From IMG/VR virus record IMGVR_UViG_3300048881_000780: DNA of 64,000 bases, one strand, 5' to 3'. Position numbers and translations under genes: made by a program. The stretch is from a virus (Duplodnaviria; Caudoviricetes). Below are positions 48,331 through 58,177 of the stretch, piece after piece (positions within the stretch are counted from its first letter, which is position 1; each line of letters opens with the position of its first letter). The notes under the pieces were generated by a model. It searched no databases, was not told where the DNA came from, and saw only the letters and a list, made by a program, of their open reading frames with translations.

Positions 48331-48972
48331 CTATCGCCCCTTGGATTTTTCTGTTAATCTACATAGAAAACTAGGATCCTTTTCCATTGCGTAATATGCA
48401 AACAAGAAGGCATCGTTTAAATCATCGGTAATGAAACTCATACCTGTTATATGCCTAACAACTGCCTCTAATTGTTCTTTACTAGCGTGACCATTGCCCG
48501 AAACCAATTTCTTTAAAGTCGTTGGTGTATATCCGTAAATATCCATATTTAGATCGTTCATGGCATTCTCGAGTCCCCCGAAGGCCCTAGATATACTCAT
48601 TAACTTATTTGTAGAGCCAGTACTTGGTAATTCAATGATTCCATACGTTAGTTTATTTTTAATTTTATCCTTTAAAAACTTATAGAGATACTCGCCCATC
48701 ATCTCTCCTCTTAGCGAGGACGATAATTTAGACTTACTCTCAGCTGGCAATATTCTGCGTTTCTTTTTAGCTGGTATCTCATCAATGCTAAAGGGCTCTT
48801 CCTTTCCGAGTCTATAGTGAGAGACTTTTAGATATTCCCCCTTTTTCTTTGAGTTTTTAAATTCAAACTGAAGACCTAGAATATCATTTCCTTCAATAAT
48901 ACAAACCCCGCCCTTAACTACAGAGATATCTAATCCAATTGTTAATTTAGAGGCTTTCTTTTTCTTGATCAT
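48331..48972 (-). CDS. ruvC: RuvC-like Holliday junction resolvase
   Basis: IGLDIS, IIELP, PTTLKKLVSGNGHASKEQ, DDLNDA. Confidence 0.85.
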   Translation of the reverse strand: MIKKKKASKLTIGLDISVVKGGVCIIEGNDILGLQFEFKNSKKKGEYLKVSHYRLGKEEPFSIDEIPAKKKRRILPAESKSKLSSSLRGEMMGEYLYKFLKDKIKNKLTYGIIELPSTGSTNKLMSISRAFGGLENAMNDLNMDIYGYTPTTLKKLVSGNGHASKEQLEAVVRHITGMSFITDDLNDAFLFAYYAMEKDPSFLCRLTEKSKGR

Positions 48973-48982
48973 AATTTAATAT

Positions 48983-48999
48983 ATACCACATCGCGTTAA
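48983..48999. promoter_or_regulatory. 17-bp operator overlapping -10
   Basis: ATACCACATCGCGTTAA upstream of ruvC. Confidence 0.65.
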
Positions 49000-49007
49000 A
49001 ATACAAT

Positions 49008-49033
49008 AAAAAAGGGTCAGCATATACTGACCC
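49008..49033 (-). terminator. Intrinsic terminator
   Basis: GGGTCAG-6nt-CTGACCC with a T-run on the minus strand. Confidence 0.85.
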
Positions 49034-49058
49034 ATTTATTAAATTTCAATAGCTTAAA

Positions 49059-51002
49059 TTAAGGATTATTAAAAAGAGCACTTGCTCCAGTAACATCATT
49101 TGACTCACCAATCACACCTTTATAGTCTTTATCATCTGTAGGATACCCAGTTCCTTTATTTAAAAGAAAGAATCCTCTAGATGCTGGAATAATCTTTGTG
49201 TAATCATTACTAGTTATATCAACATCTATCCCAGTCTCTACAACAATATGCCCCTGAGTCCCCTCTCCATATCTCCAAAACCCAAGTGAATCAGCAATCA
49301 TAAAACTACCTTTATAGTAACCATACTCTTTTTTCATTGCTTTCATTTGTTGGATTCCAATTACTGCTTGTGATGAAAAATCGTGAGACCCACCATATGA
49401 TGCCATACCAAAAGTCATTGCATCTCCAAGATCACTTTTAACCATGTAGGCACCACCGTTAGCAATAAGGCCATCTAGATTTCCAGCAACCGTGAGAATC
49501 CTCGTTGAAACGTTTGAAAACTCTTGAGACCAAGTTCCTTTACAATCAATTGTTCCAGAAGTTGTAATAATACAAGTTGAGTGTCCTGCCGAGGCCAGAT
49601 GAGCAACATCACTCCTGCCATTAAAATTATATTGATTAGCTGTAGTCGCAACTACGTTATTACCCGTTTTAAAGTGAGCTCCATCTGATGTTTGAGTAAA
49701 TTGCTCTACACCTGGACCAGTTAAAACTTCGTTCCCAAAAGCATTAGGTGCCCAAGTTAAGTAAGATTTATCATCAAACTCAATAACTGGATAAAGCTCG
49801 GAGCCACAATGAACGTCAGTAATAGATCTACCATTACTAACATGATTAGAGATAAATGTTCCAGAAGCTTGATAATTAAGATTACTAGTTTTACTTTTCT
49901 TTGCTCTTATTTGACTAGAGTTGGCAACCATTACGAGTTCACCACCACAAATCATAGTGGCTCCAATACCACTTAAATGAGCATCCTCTAAAACAATTGT
50001 CGCTCCACTAGTGCTAGACATATCAATTCTAAAAACTTTTCCATTTGAACCCAGAGCAAAAACGCCATCGTTCTTTAATCTAACAATATCTAAAATTGAA
50101 GGAAGTGCATTAGAGTTAATATCTTCACTAATTAAATTGTATGTTCCAAGAGCTCCAGATCCTCCAGGTATTCTCCAGTGAATTTGACCAGTATTATTTA
50201 ACTTAACTAGAGTTGAATTAACTCCAACCATCTTTTTTAAGTCACTTGTATCTGCCGCAATTGCCTGTGAACCAAATGCACTATAAGATCTTGGAGAACC
50301 TTCTGTCTCTCTGTAAGAAAGAATAGAAACTGTTCCAAATGTATCGTACTCATATTGTTCAAATGTCTCAGATCCACTACCCTGATCTCCTGATCCACCT
50401 TGGTCACCGCCAGCATCTTCAATAACTGCTGAAGTTGAAGATTTTGTAATTGTCACACTTCCACTAGGAGTACCGTCAACTAAAATCTCTAGAATACCAT
50501 CTTGACTTGCTCCAACTAGAGCATATCTATCAACAACAGGAAGTGATTGAGTATCAATCTCCGCTGTTACTGAACCATTACCGCTAACAGGAAGTTTAAC
50601 CCATTGAGAAATTCCAACTGGTAATTCAAGAGTTACTCCTGACTCGACACTTGCTGAAACTCCAGGGAAGATAAAAGCGAAAATAACACCTTGGATATTT
50701 TCATAAACAATAGACTCTTTCTTTGGTGCAGTAGGAAGGATTTCTGCTTGGTGATTCTCTCCAACAAGAGAGAAGCTTAAAAATTGAGATAATCTGACCG
50801 GAACTGAAAGCTCTGAATTTCCAAGTAAGGCAGAGCTTCCCAGCAAAACTTGACCACTTTCTAATAGTCTAATTTCATGAACTTTTTCTACAACTTCTCG
50901 TCTCTCGATATTATTATCAGGATTTTGTTGATCAACCATATTCTTTGAGCAACCAGACAAAAATAGAGTACTAAGTAAAATGAGGGCAAGTTTATTTTTC
51001 AT
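49059..51002 (-). CDS. Large surface lipoprotein with beta-propeller/RCC1-like C-terminal region
   Basis: Lipobox LSGC; Gly/Ser linker GGDQGGSGDQGSGS; RCC1-like SAGHSTCIITTSGTIDCKG. Confidence 0.6.
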   Translation of the reverse strand: MKNKLALILLSTLFLSGCSKNMVDQQNPDNNIERREVVEKVHEIRLLESGQVLLGSSALLGNSELSVPVRLSQFLSFSLVGENHQAEILPTAPKKESIVYENIQGVIFAFIFPGVSASVESGVTLELPVGISQWVKLPVSGNGSVTAEIDTQSLPVVDRYALVGASQDGILEILVDGTPSGSVTITKSSTSAVIEDAGGDQGGSGDQGSGSETFEQYEYDTFGTVSILSYRETEGSPRSYSAFGSQAIAADTSDLKKMVGVNSTLVKLNNTGQIHWRIPGGSGALGTYNLISEDINSNALPSILDIVRLKNDGVFALGSNGKVFRIDMSSTSGATIVLEDAHLSGIGATMICGGELVMVANSSQIRAKKSKTSNLNYQASGTFISNHVSNGRSITDVHCGSELYPVIEFDDKSYLTWAPNAFGNEVLTGPGVEQFTQTSDGAHFKTGNNVVATTANQYNFNGRSDVAHLASAGHSTCIITTSGTIDCKGTWSQEFSNVSTRILTVAGNLDGLIANGGAYMVKSDLGDAMTFGMASYGGSHDFSSQAVIGIQQMKAMKKEYGYYKGSFMIADSLGFWRYGEGTQGHIVVETGIDVDITSNDYTKIIPASRGFFLLNKGTGYPTDDKDYKGVIGESNDVTGASALFNNP

Positions 51003-51055
51003 TATATCTCCTTAATTTAACTAATACTTCCATTATAAGGAAATTACATGAAAAA

Positions 51056-51368
51056 TTACTGAACACCACCTAGAAACTCATCTCTATTGCAAACCCATTT
51101 ATAAGATGATTTTCCTTCAAATTTTACTAAATTCAACTTTTCACTAAAATATGATTCAATAAGTTTCATATGAGTGGCACCACAACTTCTACAAGTTTCA
51201 AGCTCTGTTGCACCCATACAGTGTTCGCATAGATATACTTCAAAGAAATCGTCAGAATTCTCTAACTCTTCCTCTAATTTTTTAGATACTTCTTCATTTG
51301 AGTTTAACTCATTAATTAGAGCTTCTCTCTGTTCTTTGTTCGCCTTTTGAAACTTTTGTAGCATCATC
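51056..51368 (-). CDS. Small zinc-ribbon protein
   Basis: CEHC..CRSC. Likely start near MMLQKF rather than 51415; start coordinate approximate. Confidence 0.55.
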
Positions 51369-51746
51369 TTTACTCTCCCTGTCAAATGCCATAAAAACAA
51401 TATTGCTTTCATCACACTTATCGTTTTCTGCGATCTTACGTAGATAGAATTCTGTAAACTCTATAACTTCCGTAGCAAATTCAGGTCGAAGATTAAATGT
51501 AGTCTCGTCAAGATTGGAGAATAACTCTCCTAGATTTTTTAAATAAGTGATTTCTGACAACTCAAGATTCTTTTTTGATACCACTGTTTTAATTGTTAAA
51601 AGTAGTAAATTTCTAATGGATTTAAAATTTCTATCATTAACACATAACTGATACTGAGCGGCCAACATTCGATAATCCATAAATAACTCCTTATTCTTAT
51701 TATATTTATAAATAAGTGGGAATATCTCACCTGAGTGCCTTTTCAT
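51312..51746 (-). CDS. Hypothetical protein
   Basis: 144-aa ORF; alternative start at MDYR with AAGGAG SD. Confidence 0.6.
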   Translation of the reverse strand: MKRHSGEIFPLIYKYNKNKELFMDYRMLAAQYQLCVNDRNFKSIRNLLLLTIKTVVSKKNLELSEITYLKNLGELFSNLDETTFNLRPEFATEVIEFTEFYLRKIAENDKCDESNIVFMAFDRESKDDATKVSKGEQRTERSSN

Positions 51747-51754
51747 TGCATTTT

Positions 51755-51771
51755 ATAACGTACTGTGTTAA
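51755..51771. promoter_or_regulatory. 17-bp palindromic operator copy
   Basis: ATAACGTACTGTGTTAA in a divergent promoter region. Confidence 0.7.
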
Positions 51772-51809
51772 TATTTAGATGTATTAATTTAATAAAAGGA
51801 TGTAAATTA

Positions 51810-53900
51810 ATGAAATCACTAAAATCTCCCCAAAAAGTAACTAGAGCTTGCAATAATTTCGAGACCTTAATTAATGACGCCAAAAAAGGAAATTTACTTA
51901 CCAAGGTAACTGTCGAAAGCAAGAAAGTTGAAACAGTGATGGAATTATCTACTCTAGAGGTCATTAAAAAACTATTAAATAATAAAACTATTAGGCCATA
52001 CTCAAAAGAATTTGAAATCATAAAGATGGTTAGTGATGAGGCCAAAGTTCAGGCCTTTGATAGTGATTTTAAAACCCTGGTAAATAGATGTCACTTAATT
52101 AGTGAAAATACACTGGGGATTTTAGAGAAAAGTGCCACTGAAGCAAGGCTTGAGATTAAAAATAAGGCCATTCAAACTTTTTTAAAAGCACTTGAGAAAA
52201 AGAATAAGGTTGGCGAGAAGACTCAAAGCCTGGCCACGAGCTTAATTGGAAAAGGCATCTTGACCAACGTAAAGCTTGAGCGCGACAAAGGATTAGATTA
52301 TATAAAAATCAGCTTTTCAAAATCAATGAAATCTAAAATTGAAAATGAAAGCTTTCTAACTAAAACCCAAAAGAAAACTAAAACTAGAACGTTTAATGCA
52401 AAATTATATATCTCTGAGATAAAAGAAAAAACTAGTGTTTCTCAAGATGTTGAAACTGATGAAAATGGGAAGATTTTAAAAGTTGTCGGAAATAAGAAGA
52501 TAGACTCATCGATTGTTGTAACAATGGAGCTACATAGAGAGAAAGTTAAACTTCCTCTATTTAAAAAAGATCTTACACTAACTGGTTACAATATCTTATC
52601 AAATATTAGCGAGAGTATAGAGTACTTCTCTGACTCTCTTGAAAATAAAACTCCACTAATTACTCTCTTAACTAAGCATTTATTTGTGGGACTATATGAT
52701 CAAGTAAAAGAGTATCAAGAAAAAGAGCTCCAACGACTTGATCTTGGTAATGTTGAAAAAAAGCTCAAAGAAATTATTTTAAGCTCTAAAAGTCTTGAAC
52801 CCCAAGGTTTCTTCTGTCATGAGAAAAAAGATACTCAAGTAGGAGAAATTGCTTACAGAAACCATGATTCTTACAATCAATCAAAAGTCTCTAAGGCCAT
52901 AAGAAGTAGAACTGAGTACGAAAACCACAAAGATTTGGGTGTAAAAGTAACCAAGAAAATGGAGCAAGGAACTAAACTACACCAATTCTTGCTTGAGAGA
53001 GTGAAATTTAAAAACGAAATGATTATTGAAGAAGATTACTCTTTTTCAAAACACCAACTTGAAGTTTTAAAATTATTTAAAAATGTTATTAAAAGAGATG
53101 ATTTAAATAAATTTGAAAATATCCATAAAACAATTACAGAAAGGTATCCCGTTGTATCTCAAATTTTAAAAGAATCACTAAATGAAATTACATTCTTTCA
53201 TCATGACAAAGTTAAATTAACTAAAAATTCAATCAAATCTGGATTATATGATTTAACAGATCATGGTAGACAGGCCGAGTTAACAAACGTAAATGTTGTC
53301 TGTAAAGGAAAGTTAGATATTTACGTTGATAAACCATCAAAGAAGTTAAGAGATCTAATTAATGAGCATCTCGCACCTGAGGGACTAAGACCTCTAGCTG
53401 AAGATGACGTGATCATGGCCGATATAAAGTATACTGCTGATTATATCCCTGAAGATTTTCACTCTAAGAACTTTAAAAACAATCAATTCTACCCGATTCA
53501 GGTAGGACATTACTCCAGGGCCATAGAGGTTATTGATAATAAGAAACTTGCTGACATTAGAGTTTTCTATATTCTAATTGACAGTAAAACTGAGGTTAAC
53601 CCTGAAGTAAATATTTTAGAGATTCCTTATGGTGATGTTGAGTTTTTTGCAAGAAACTATAGAGATCATGTCCTATCTAAGGCCGCACTATTTGACGGAC
53701 TTTTTGACGACTACTTAAAGAAGAAGAAAATTAAAGTTGAATGGTCTAACAAGGGTCGCTTAATCCAATCAATCCCTCTATTTGGTGAACCAGGGGGAGG
53801 TTTTTTAAAGCACGGCAACAATATGGGCCTTGATATAAATGGCACGAATTTAAAAGATAAGAACAACTCGAAGAAAAAAGATCTTAAAAAGGCGAGCTAA
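51810..53900 (+). CDS. PD-(D/E)XK nuclease (RecE/exonuclease VIII, DUF3799-like) with long N-terminal region
   Basis: QGTKLHQFLLE, CKGKLDIY, ADIKYT, YPIQVGHY; ATG at 51810 follows AAAGGA. Confidence 0.75.
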   Translation: MKSLKSPQKVTRACNNFETLINDAKKGNLLTKVTVESKKVETVMELSTLEVIKKLLNNKTIRPYSKEFEIIKMVSDEAKVQAFDSDFKTLVNRCHLISENTLGILEKSATEARLEIKNKAIQTFLKALEKKNKVGEKTQSLATSLIGKGILTNVKLERDKGLDYIKISFSKSMKSKIENESFLTKTQKKTKTRTFNAKLYISEIKEKTSVSQDVETDENGKILKVVGNKKIDSSIVVTMELHREKVKLPLFKKDLTLTGYNILSNISESIEYFSDSLENKTPLITLLTKHLFVGLYDQVKEYQEKELQRLDLGNVEKKLKEIILSSKSLEPQGFFCHEKKDTQVGEIAYRNHDSYNQSKVSKAIRSRTEYENHKDLGVKVTKKMEQGTKLHQFLLERVKFKNEMIIEEDYSFSKHQLEVLKLFKNVIKRDDLNKFENIHKTITERYPVVSQILKESLNEITFFHHDKVKLTKNSIKSGLYDLTDHGRQAELTNVNVVCKGKLDIYVDKPSKKLRDLINEHLAPEGLRPLAEDDVIMADIKYTADYIPEDFHSKNFKNNQFYPIQVGHYSRAIEVIDNKKLADIRVFYILIDSKTEVNPEVNILEIPYGDVEFFARNYRDHVLSKAALFDGLFDDYLKKKKIKVEWSNKGRLIQSIPLFGEPGGGFLKHGNNMGLDINGTNLKDKNNSKKKDLKKAS

Positions 53901-54316
53901 TGGAATATATTAAGCACGCCGCGATTAGGTCAGTAAATGGACTTATTATAAAAGGAAAGAGTCACTCTAAATGTTTTAAAAACATGAATAAATCATTTGG
54001 TGAAGTTGAATCGTCAGGCTTTTTAACTAGTGATAATCGCTATGTTAATAGAAAAGAAGGCGCCGTCATTGCTTTTAAAGCAAATCAAATTAGAAAGGAG
54101 ATAAAAATTCTCTCATCTGAGCACCTATGGTGTCCAACTTATCAAGGTGAATTTAACTATTGTCACGAAAATGGATATGTAAAGAGAGGAAATCTACAAG
54201 AAGAGATTGAATCGATCCTACATCCTTGTAATTCTACTTATAAGTGTAGTCGAGAAAAAACGGCCAAGAGAATTATAATGAAGCTACAAGAATTAAATAT
54301 TTTAAATAGAGAGTAG
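53900..54316 (+). CDS. Phage-like hypothetical protein
   Basis: GFLTSDNRYVNRKEG...LSSEHLW; translationally coupled. Confidence 0.65.
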   Translation: MEYIKHAAIRSVNGLIIKGKSHSKCFKNMNKSFGEVESSGFLTSDNRYVNRKEGAVIAFKANQIRKEIKILSSEHLWCPTYQGEFNYCHENGYVKRGNLQEEIESILHPCNSTYKCSREKTAKRIIMKLQELNILNRE

Positions 54317-54318
54317 TT

Positions 54319-54816
54319 ATGAGTTTTAAAGATTATCCAATTGGTTCTCACTGGGCAAATGAATCTGGACTCATTTATGAGTTAATTTTAAATGGTGAAA
54401 TTACCGATTTTAGAGATGGTCATCCATTCATTTATCCATCATGCACCCTAAGAGAGCTTAATGGCAAAAAAACTATAACCGTTCCTTGCGCTAATATGGA
54501 ATCAATTCTATTTAGAACTGTTCTTCCAAAGCTACCTGATGATCACCAAGAGATGCTCAAAAGTAGCCTTGAATTATTCTCAAAGGCGCTAGATATGGCC
54601 AGCGAGGGGAAGTATACATCCAATAAGGAAATGCAATATAAAATAGAAGTGGCCGCAGAAAATCTAAGCTCATCTTACTTGGATCTTACATTTAGAGGTG
54701 ACGATAGTGGTTATTGTCATGAACAAACGATGGATTTTCTTAAATCATATACTAAGTACATCATCATACATTTAGAAGTTCTCAAATCTATAAAAAAGGA
54801 TGATAAGAGCGCCTAG
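54319..54816 (+). CDS. Hypothetical protein
   Basis: 165-aa operonic ORF. Confidence 0.65.
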   Translation: MSFKDYPIGSHWANESGLIYELILNGEITDFRDGHPFIYPSCTLRELNGKKTITVPCANMESILFRTVLPKLPDDHQEMLKSSLELFSKALDMASEGKYTSNKEMQYKIEVAAENLSSSYLDLTFRGDDSGYCHEQTMDFLKSYTKYIIIHLEVLKSIKKDDKSA

Positions 54817-56705
54817 AAGTCTAATTTAGGAGCCTCTCCCTCTTCTTTATTTTCAATCTGGTCTTCTTCACTAGATTCAGAGCTACCTTTTATTAAGTCA
54901 TCAGCAAGAGAACCAGAAGGATTCTCTTCTTTCTTTATCTGATCAAGTACCTCTGGGTCAGCTAGTACTAGGTCTTTATATAAACTATTGTAAAAGTTCT
55001 CTTTTCTATTTTCTTTCTCATTATCTATAAATCTAGCATGAGTAAGTAAGTCATCTAATCTTAAATCAAAGAAATTAGATGCCTCTTCTCCTTTAGGAGT
55101 GGTATTTCTCTTAAGAGGGGAAATATCTTGAAAAGAAACAGATACTAGACCTTTAATAGTAATATCTTTATCAGCGTGCATTTCTCGTACATATGACTGA
55201 GCTTGGTTTACTAGTTTTTTATAATCAAAGGTTTTTTCTTCAAAGAAACTACTGGCCTTCATTCTTGGTTTAAGAGTTATATAAGCGTAGTATTCTCCTC
55301 CTCTAGAGCAAATACCATTTATATCAAAACTGGCATTAGGAATTTCTTCTGTTTCAAAGCCAAAGTAGTTAATTAGTCTCTTGGCCATAAATGGGATATC
55401 TTCCAAGAAGATTTTAGAGTTATTTAATACCCCTTCAAAAGGGAAGTTATTAATTAAATACTCTAATCCTTCACTGGCCATGGCCTCTTTATATTCATTT
55501 GCTTTGTGACTTAGAAGCATTCCTCTAAACTTTGGTACATCTTTATTTAGTTTATAAAATAATTCATCAGTAATAAATGGAAACTGAAATAATCCCTCAC
55601 GACTGTAACCTCTTCCTTTAATTGGGCCCAACTCAGCCGCAACCTCAAGATTAAAACCTGAAGATAGAGAAGCATTTGTCACTCTGTGAGACAAAGGATT
55701 TAAAAGTCCGGCCTTAAGATCTGTTGGTATCTCAGCGCTGGATGCACTCTGAGTAATTATAATAAGATCCATCATTGCAGATCTTCCCTCTTTGGCAACA
55801 CGCTTTAAAATATTAGCGATTGTACCAACACGGTCTTTATTGTCTATAAATGACATTTCATCAGAGTTAATTATCGCGTGAAACTCTTCCATCACTACAA
55901 CAAATAAGGCCACGGGAGGAAGAGGCTCTAGATTTCTCATTCTTTCAATACTTTCAGAATGAACGCTTCGGCCCTTTTTTATATCTTTAAAAGAATCGTG
56001 AATATCTTCATCCCACTCAAGTACATTGGCATCAATTTGAATATTGAAAAGCTCAAGTAAATTAGATTCAACTAAGATCGTATTCTTAGTTGTATCTGGT
56101 CTACTCTTGGAGTAGTGCATTTTTTCACTTTGATTATCCTTGTATACGTAGAGCTCTTCACCTTCAAGAGATTTAAGATCTAGAGATTCACTACTCAGTT
56201 TTGGGTATAGGTGTTCATTAAATGCTTGTCTATAGATCTCTAGATTCTTCTCGTAAGTGTACACATTATTAGAAGACCAAAGAGTAAAGAATTTATGACC
56301 TCTGGCGTTCATCTCATTTTCAATCATATAGAACATTGAAAATAATTTTCTCTTATCTCTAACCGCCGCCGCCGCGTTATCTAAATTTAAAACTTTATTG
56401 TAATCACCCATTGCCTTATCTGACATATCAATCATAGCAAAGAAAGTGGCCTCTCCACTTGTCAGCTGTAATGTATCAACAATTCCTCTACCAGTAATAG
56501 ACTTACCAGAACCCATACTACCAACAATACCAATACCAGGCTCTTCCACCGGATCTTTTGTCACAAAACCATTGGCACTCTCCCCAATTCCCAGAAAGAA
56601 TGTTCTAAAGTGTTTCGGATTTTTTACATATTCTATAAACGCACTCTTATCGATTCGATTCGGTTGATATTTTCCCTCAAAGAGAAACTTAAATGGATTT
56701 TTCAT
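54813..56705 (-). CDS. FtsK/SpoIIIE-family ATPase with Mrr-like C-terminal segment
   Basis: GSMGSGKS, EMNARG, VVVMEEFH, KEGRSAMMDLIIITQ, KGRG; no TM anchor. Confidence 0.75.
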   Translation of the reverse strand: MKNPFKFLFEGKYQPNRIDKSAFIEYVKNPKHFRTFFLGIGESANGFVTKDPVEEPGIGIVGSMGSGKSITGRGIVDTLQLTSGEATFFAMIDMSDKAMGDYNKVLNLDNAAAAVRDKRKLFSMFYMIENEMNARGHKFFTLWSSNNVYTYEKNLEIYRQAFNEHLYPKLSSESLDLKSLEGEELYVYKDNQSEKMHYSKSRPDTTKNTILVESNLLELFNIQIDANVLEWDEDIHDSFKDIKKGRSVHSESIERMRNLEPLPPVALFVVVMEEFHAIINSDEMSFIDNKDRVGTIANILKRVAKEGRSAMMDLIIITQSASSAEIPTDLKAGLLNPLSHRVTNASLSSGFNLEVAAELGPIKGRGYSREGLFQFPFITDELFYKLNKDVPKFRGMLLSHKANEYKEAMASEGLEYLINNFPFEGVLNNSKIFLEDIPFMAKRLINYFGFETEEIPNASFDINGICSRGGEYYAYITLKPRMKASSFFEEKTFDYKKLVNQAQSYVREMHADKDITIKGLVSVSFQDISPLKRNTTPKGEEASNFFDLRLDDLLTHARFIDNEKENRKENFYNSLYKDLVLADPEVLDQIKKEENPSGSLADDLIKGSSESSEEDQIENKEEGEAPKLDF

Positions 56706-56831
56706 AATTTACCTCATTATTATTATATTTTTTTTGAGGTAATGATTTTGTTAGCTAAGTAGCTTAAATATGGTGAATTATTTTTCTAGATATTTGAAAG
56801 AAACCACTCGAGGTTAGACTATAATATAATT

Positions 56832-56904
56832 ACAGAGAGACAATAACGTCTCCTCCTGTCTTGTTGTTTTACTAAATCCCTCTTATTTTAAGAGGGATTT
56901 TTTT
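56832..56904 (+). ncRNA. Candidate small RNA
   Basis: Tandem TATAAT at 56820-56830, hairpin GAGAC-AATAAC-GTCTC, CTCCTCCT, + strand terminator; no + strand ORF. Confidence 0.35.
56874..56904 (+). terminator. Intrinsic terminator
   Basis: AAATCCCTCTTA-TTT-TAAGAGGGATTT-TTTT. Confidence 0.85.
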
Positions 56905-56907
56905 GGA

Positions 56908-57486
56908 CTAGATATCAAAAATATCTCTTCTTAGAAGTTTTAAATAATTAAAGCAGAAACTAAGTGGATCTCTTCTCTCTTCAATTAATTTAAATGAATC
57001 CTTTTTTTTGAAAATCATCAATGGATGAAGTAATTCTTTAAATTCTTTTAAATAGAGAGATGAGAAATCTATTATATTGTAGTGAAACTTAGGATGAGAA
57101 GAAATGTGATTCATCCCATGTCTTGATAATTCCTTAAAGCAGAATCTAGATAGCGAGCGCCCTAGTAGGTAAATGCCTTCATTGTCACAACTATTAATAT
57201 CTTCATTACTCATAAAGTCACTAAATCTAGTTTTTAACTCTTCTGGAGCAATTAGCTCATAAGTTCTTTGCTCACCTTTTAAAATCTTCTGGTACCAATT
57301 GTAATGCATTTTATGGGCCTTATCTTCCCAGTTAATATCCTCATCGTACTTAAAGGCCAAACAAAGACGAGGTTGATCAGTAAGTTTACCAACTCCAGTA
57401 TCAAATACCATCGATAGACCTAGAATCCTAGATTCACTTGATAGTCCTGAGGTTGCAATTTTTAATACCATAACTGGTTTTCTCAT
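56908..57486 (-). CDS. DnaQ-like 3'-5' exonuclease fold, catalytic residues apparently lost
   Basis: VMVLKIATSGL in place of hhhDxETTGL; GRSLSRFC in place of GxNxxFD. Confidence 0.5.
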   Translation of the reverse strand: MRKPVMVLKIATSGLSSESRILGLSMVFDTGVGKLTDQPRLCLAFKYDEDINWEDKAHKMHYNWYQKILKGEQRTYELIAPEELKTRFSDFMSNEDINSCDNEGIYLLGRSLSRFCFKELSRHGMNHISSHPKFHYNIIDFSSLYLKEFKELLHPLMIFKKKDSFKLIEERRDPLSFCFNYLKLLRRDIFDI

Positions 57487-58088
57487 TAACTGGCCTTCTT
57501 AACTTCGAATAATTCGCGATTTAAATTCTCTGCTAAATCATCATTAACATCACCATCGCTAATTATTTTTATATTTATATTATCTTTTTTAAAGTCGCCT
57601 CGATTATACATTTCCATAAATGTTTTTCGAGTATCAGCTCTTTGGTCTCGAAGAGAGTCATTGCCAGCTCCATGAGATCTAAGAAGATCATCTGATACTG
57701 CAAAATAAACAACACTCATATCGACACTAATCCCTCTAGTTTTTAACATATCGATCGTGTCATTAATGGCCTCTGGGGTTGCTACAAAAATTCCAGTGGT
57801 CTCACTATTGATTAAATCTTCATAGAGATGCATTTCAGTACCATAGATATTTCCACCATATTCAACAGATTGAAGGAATCTATCGTTTTCAAGTTTTTTG
57901 AGCATTTCAATTCTATCTCTGAAAAAGTAGTGAATACCATCTTTCTCTCCTTCCCTCATTTTTCTAGAAGTTGAAGAAATGATTCTCTTAAAGTTTCCTA
58001 TTTTTAAAAGTCTTTCCTGTAAATGTGTTTTCCCACAATAAGAAGGACCTACTAGAATTAACATTTTTATTAGATTTTCTGTGTGCAT
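57486..58088 (-). CDS. gmk: Guanylate kinase-like protein
   Basis: GPSYCGKT, ISSTSRKMREGEKDGIHYFF, YGGNIYGT. Confidence 0.85.
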   Translation of the reverse strand: MHTENLIKMLILVGPSYCGKTHLQERLLKIGNFKRIISSTSRKMREGEKDGIHYFFRDRIEMLKKLENDRFLQSVEYGGNIYGTEMHLYEDLINSETTGIFVATPEAINDTIDMLKTRGISVDMSVVYFAVSDDLLRSHGAGNDSLRDQRADTRKTFMEMYNRGDFKKDNINIKIISDGDVNDDLAENLNRELFEVKKAS

Positions 58089-58110
58089 AAATGCTCCTTT
58101 ATTTACAATT

Positions 58111-58127
58111 ATAACACACGGCGTTAA
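58111..58127. promoter_or_regulatory. 17-bp operator overlapping -10
   Basis: ATAACACACGGCGTTAA. Confidence 0.75.
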
Positions 58128-58177
58128 TAAATAGAAGCACTATTAAATAACTTAAAATAGTAAAAATAGGAGCATTT

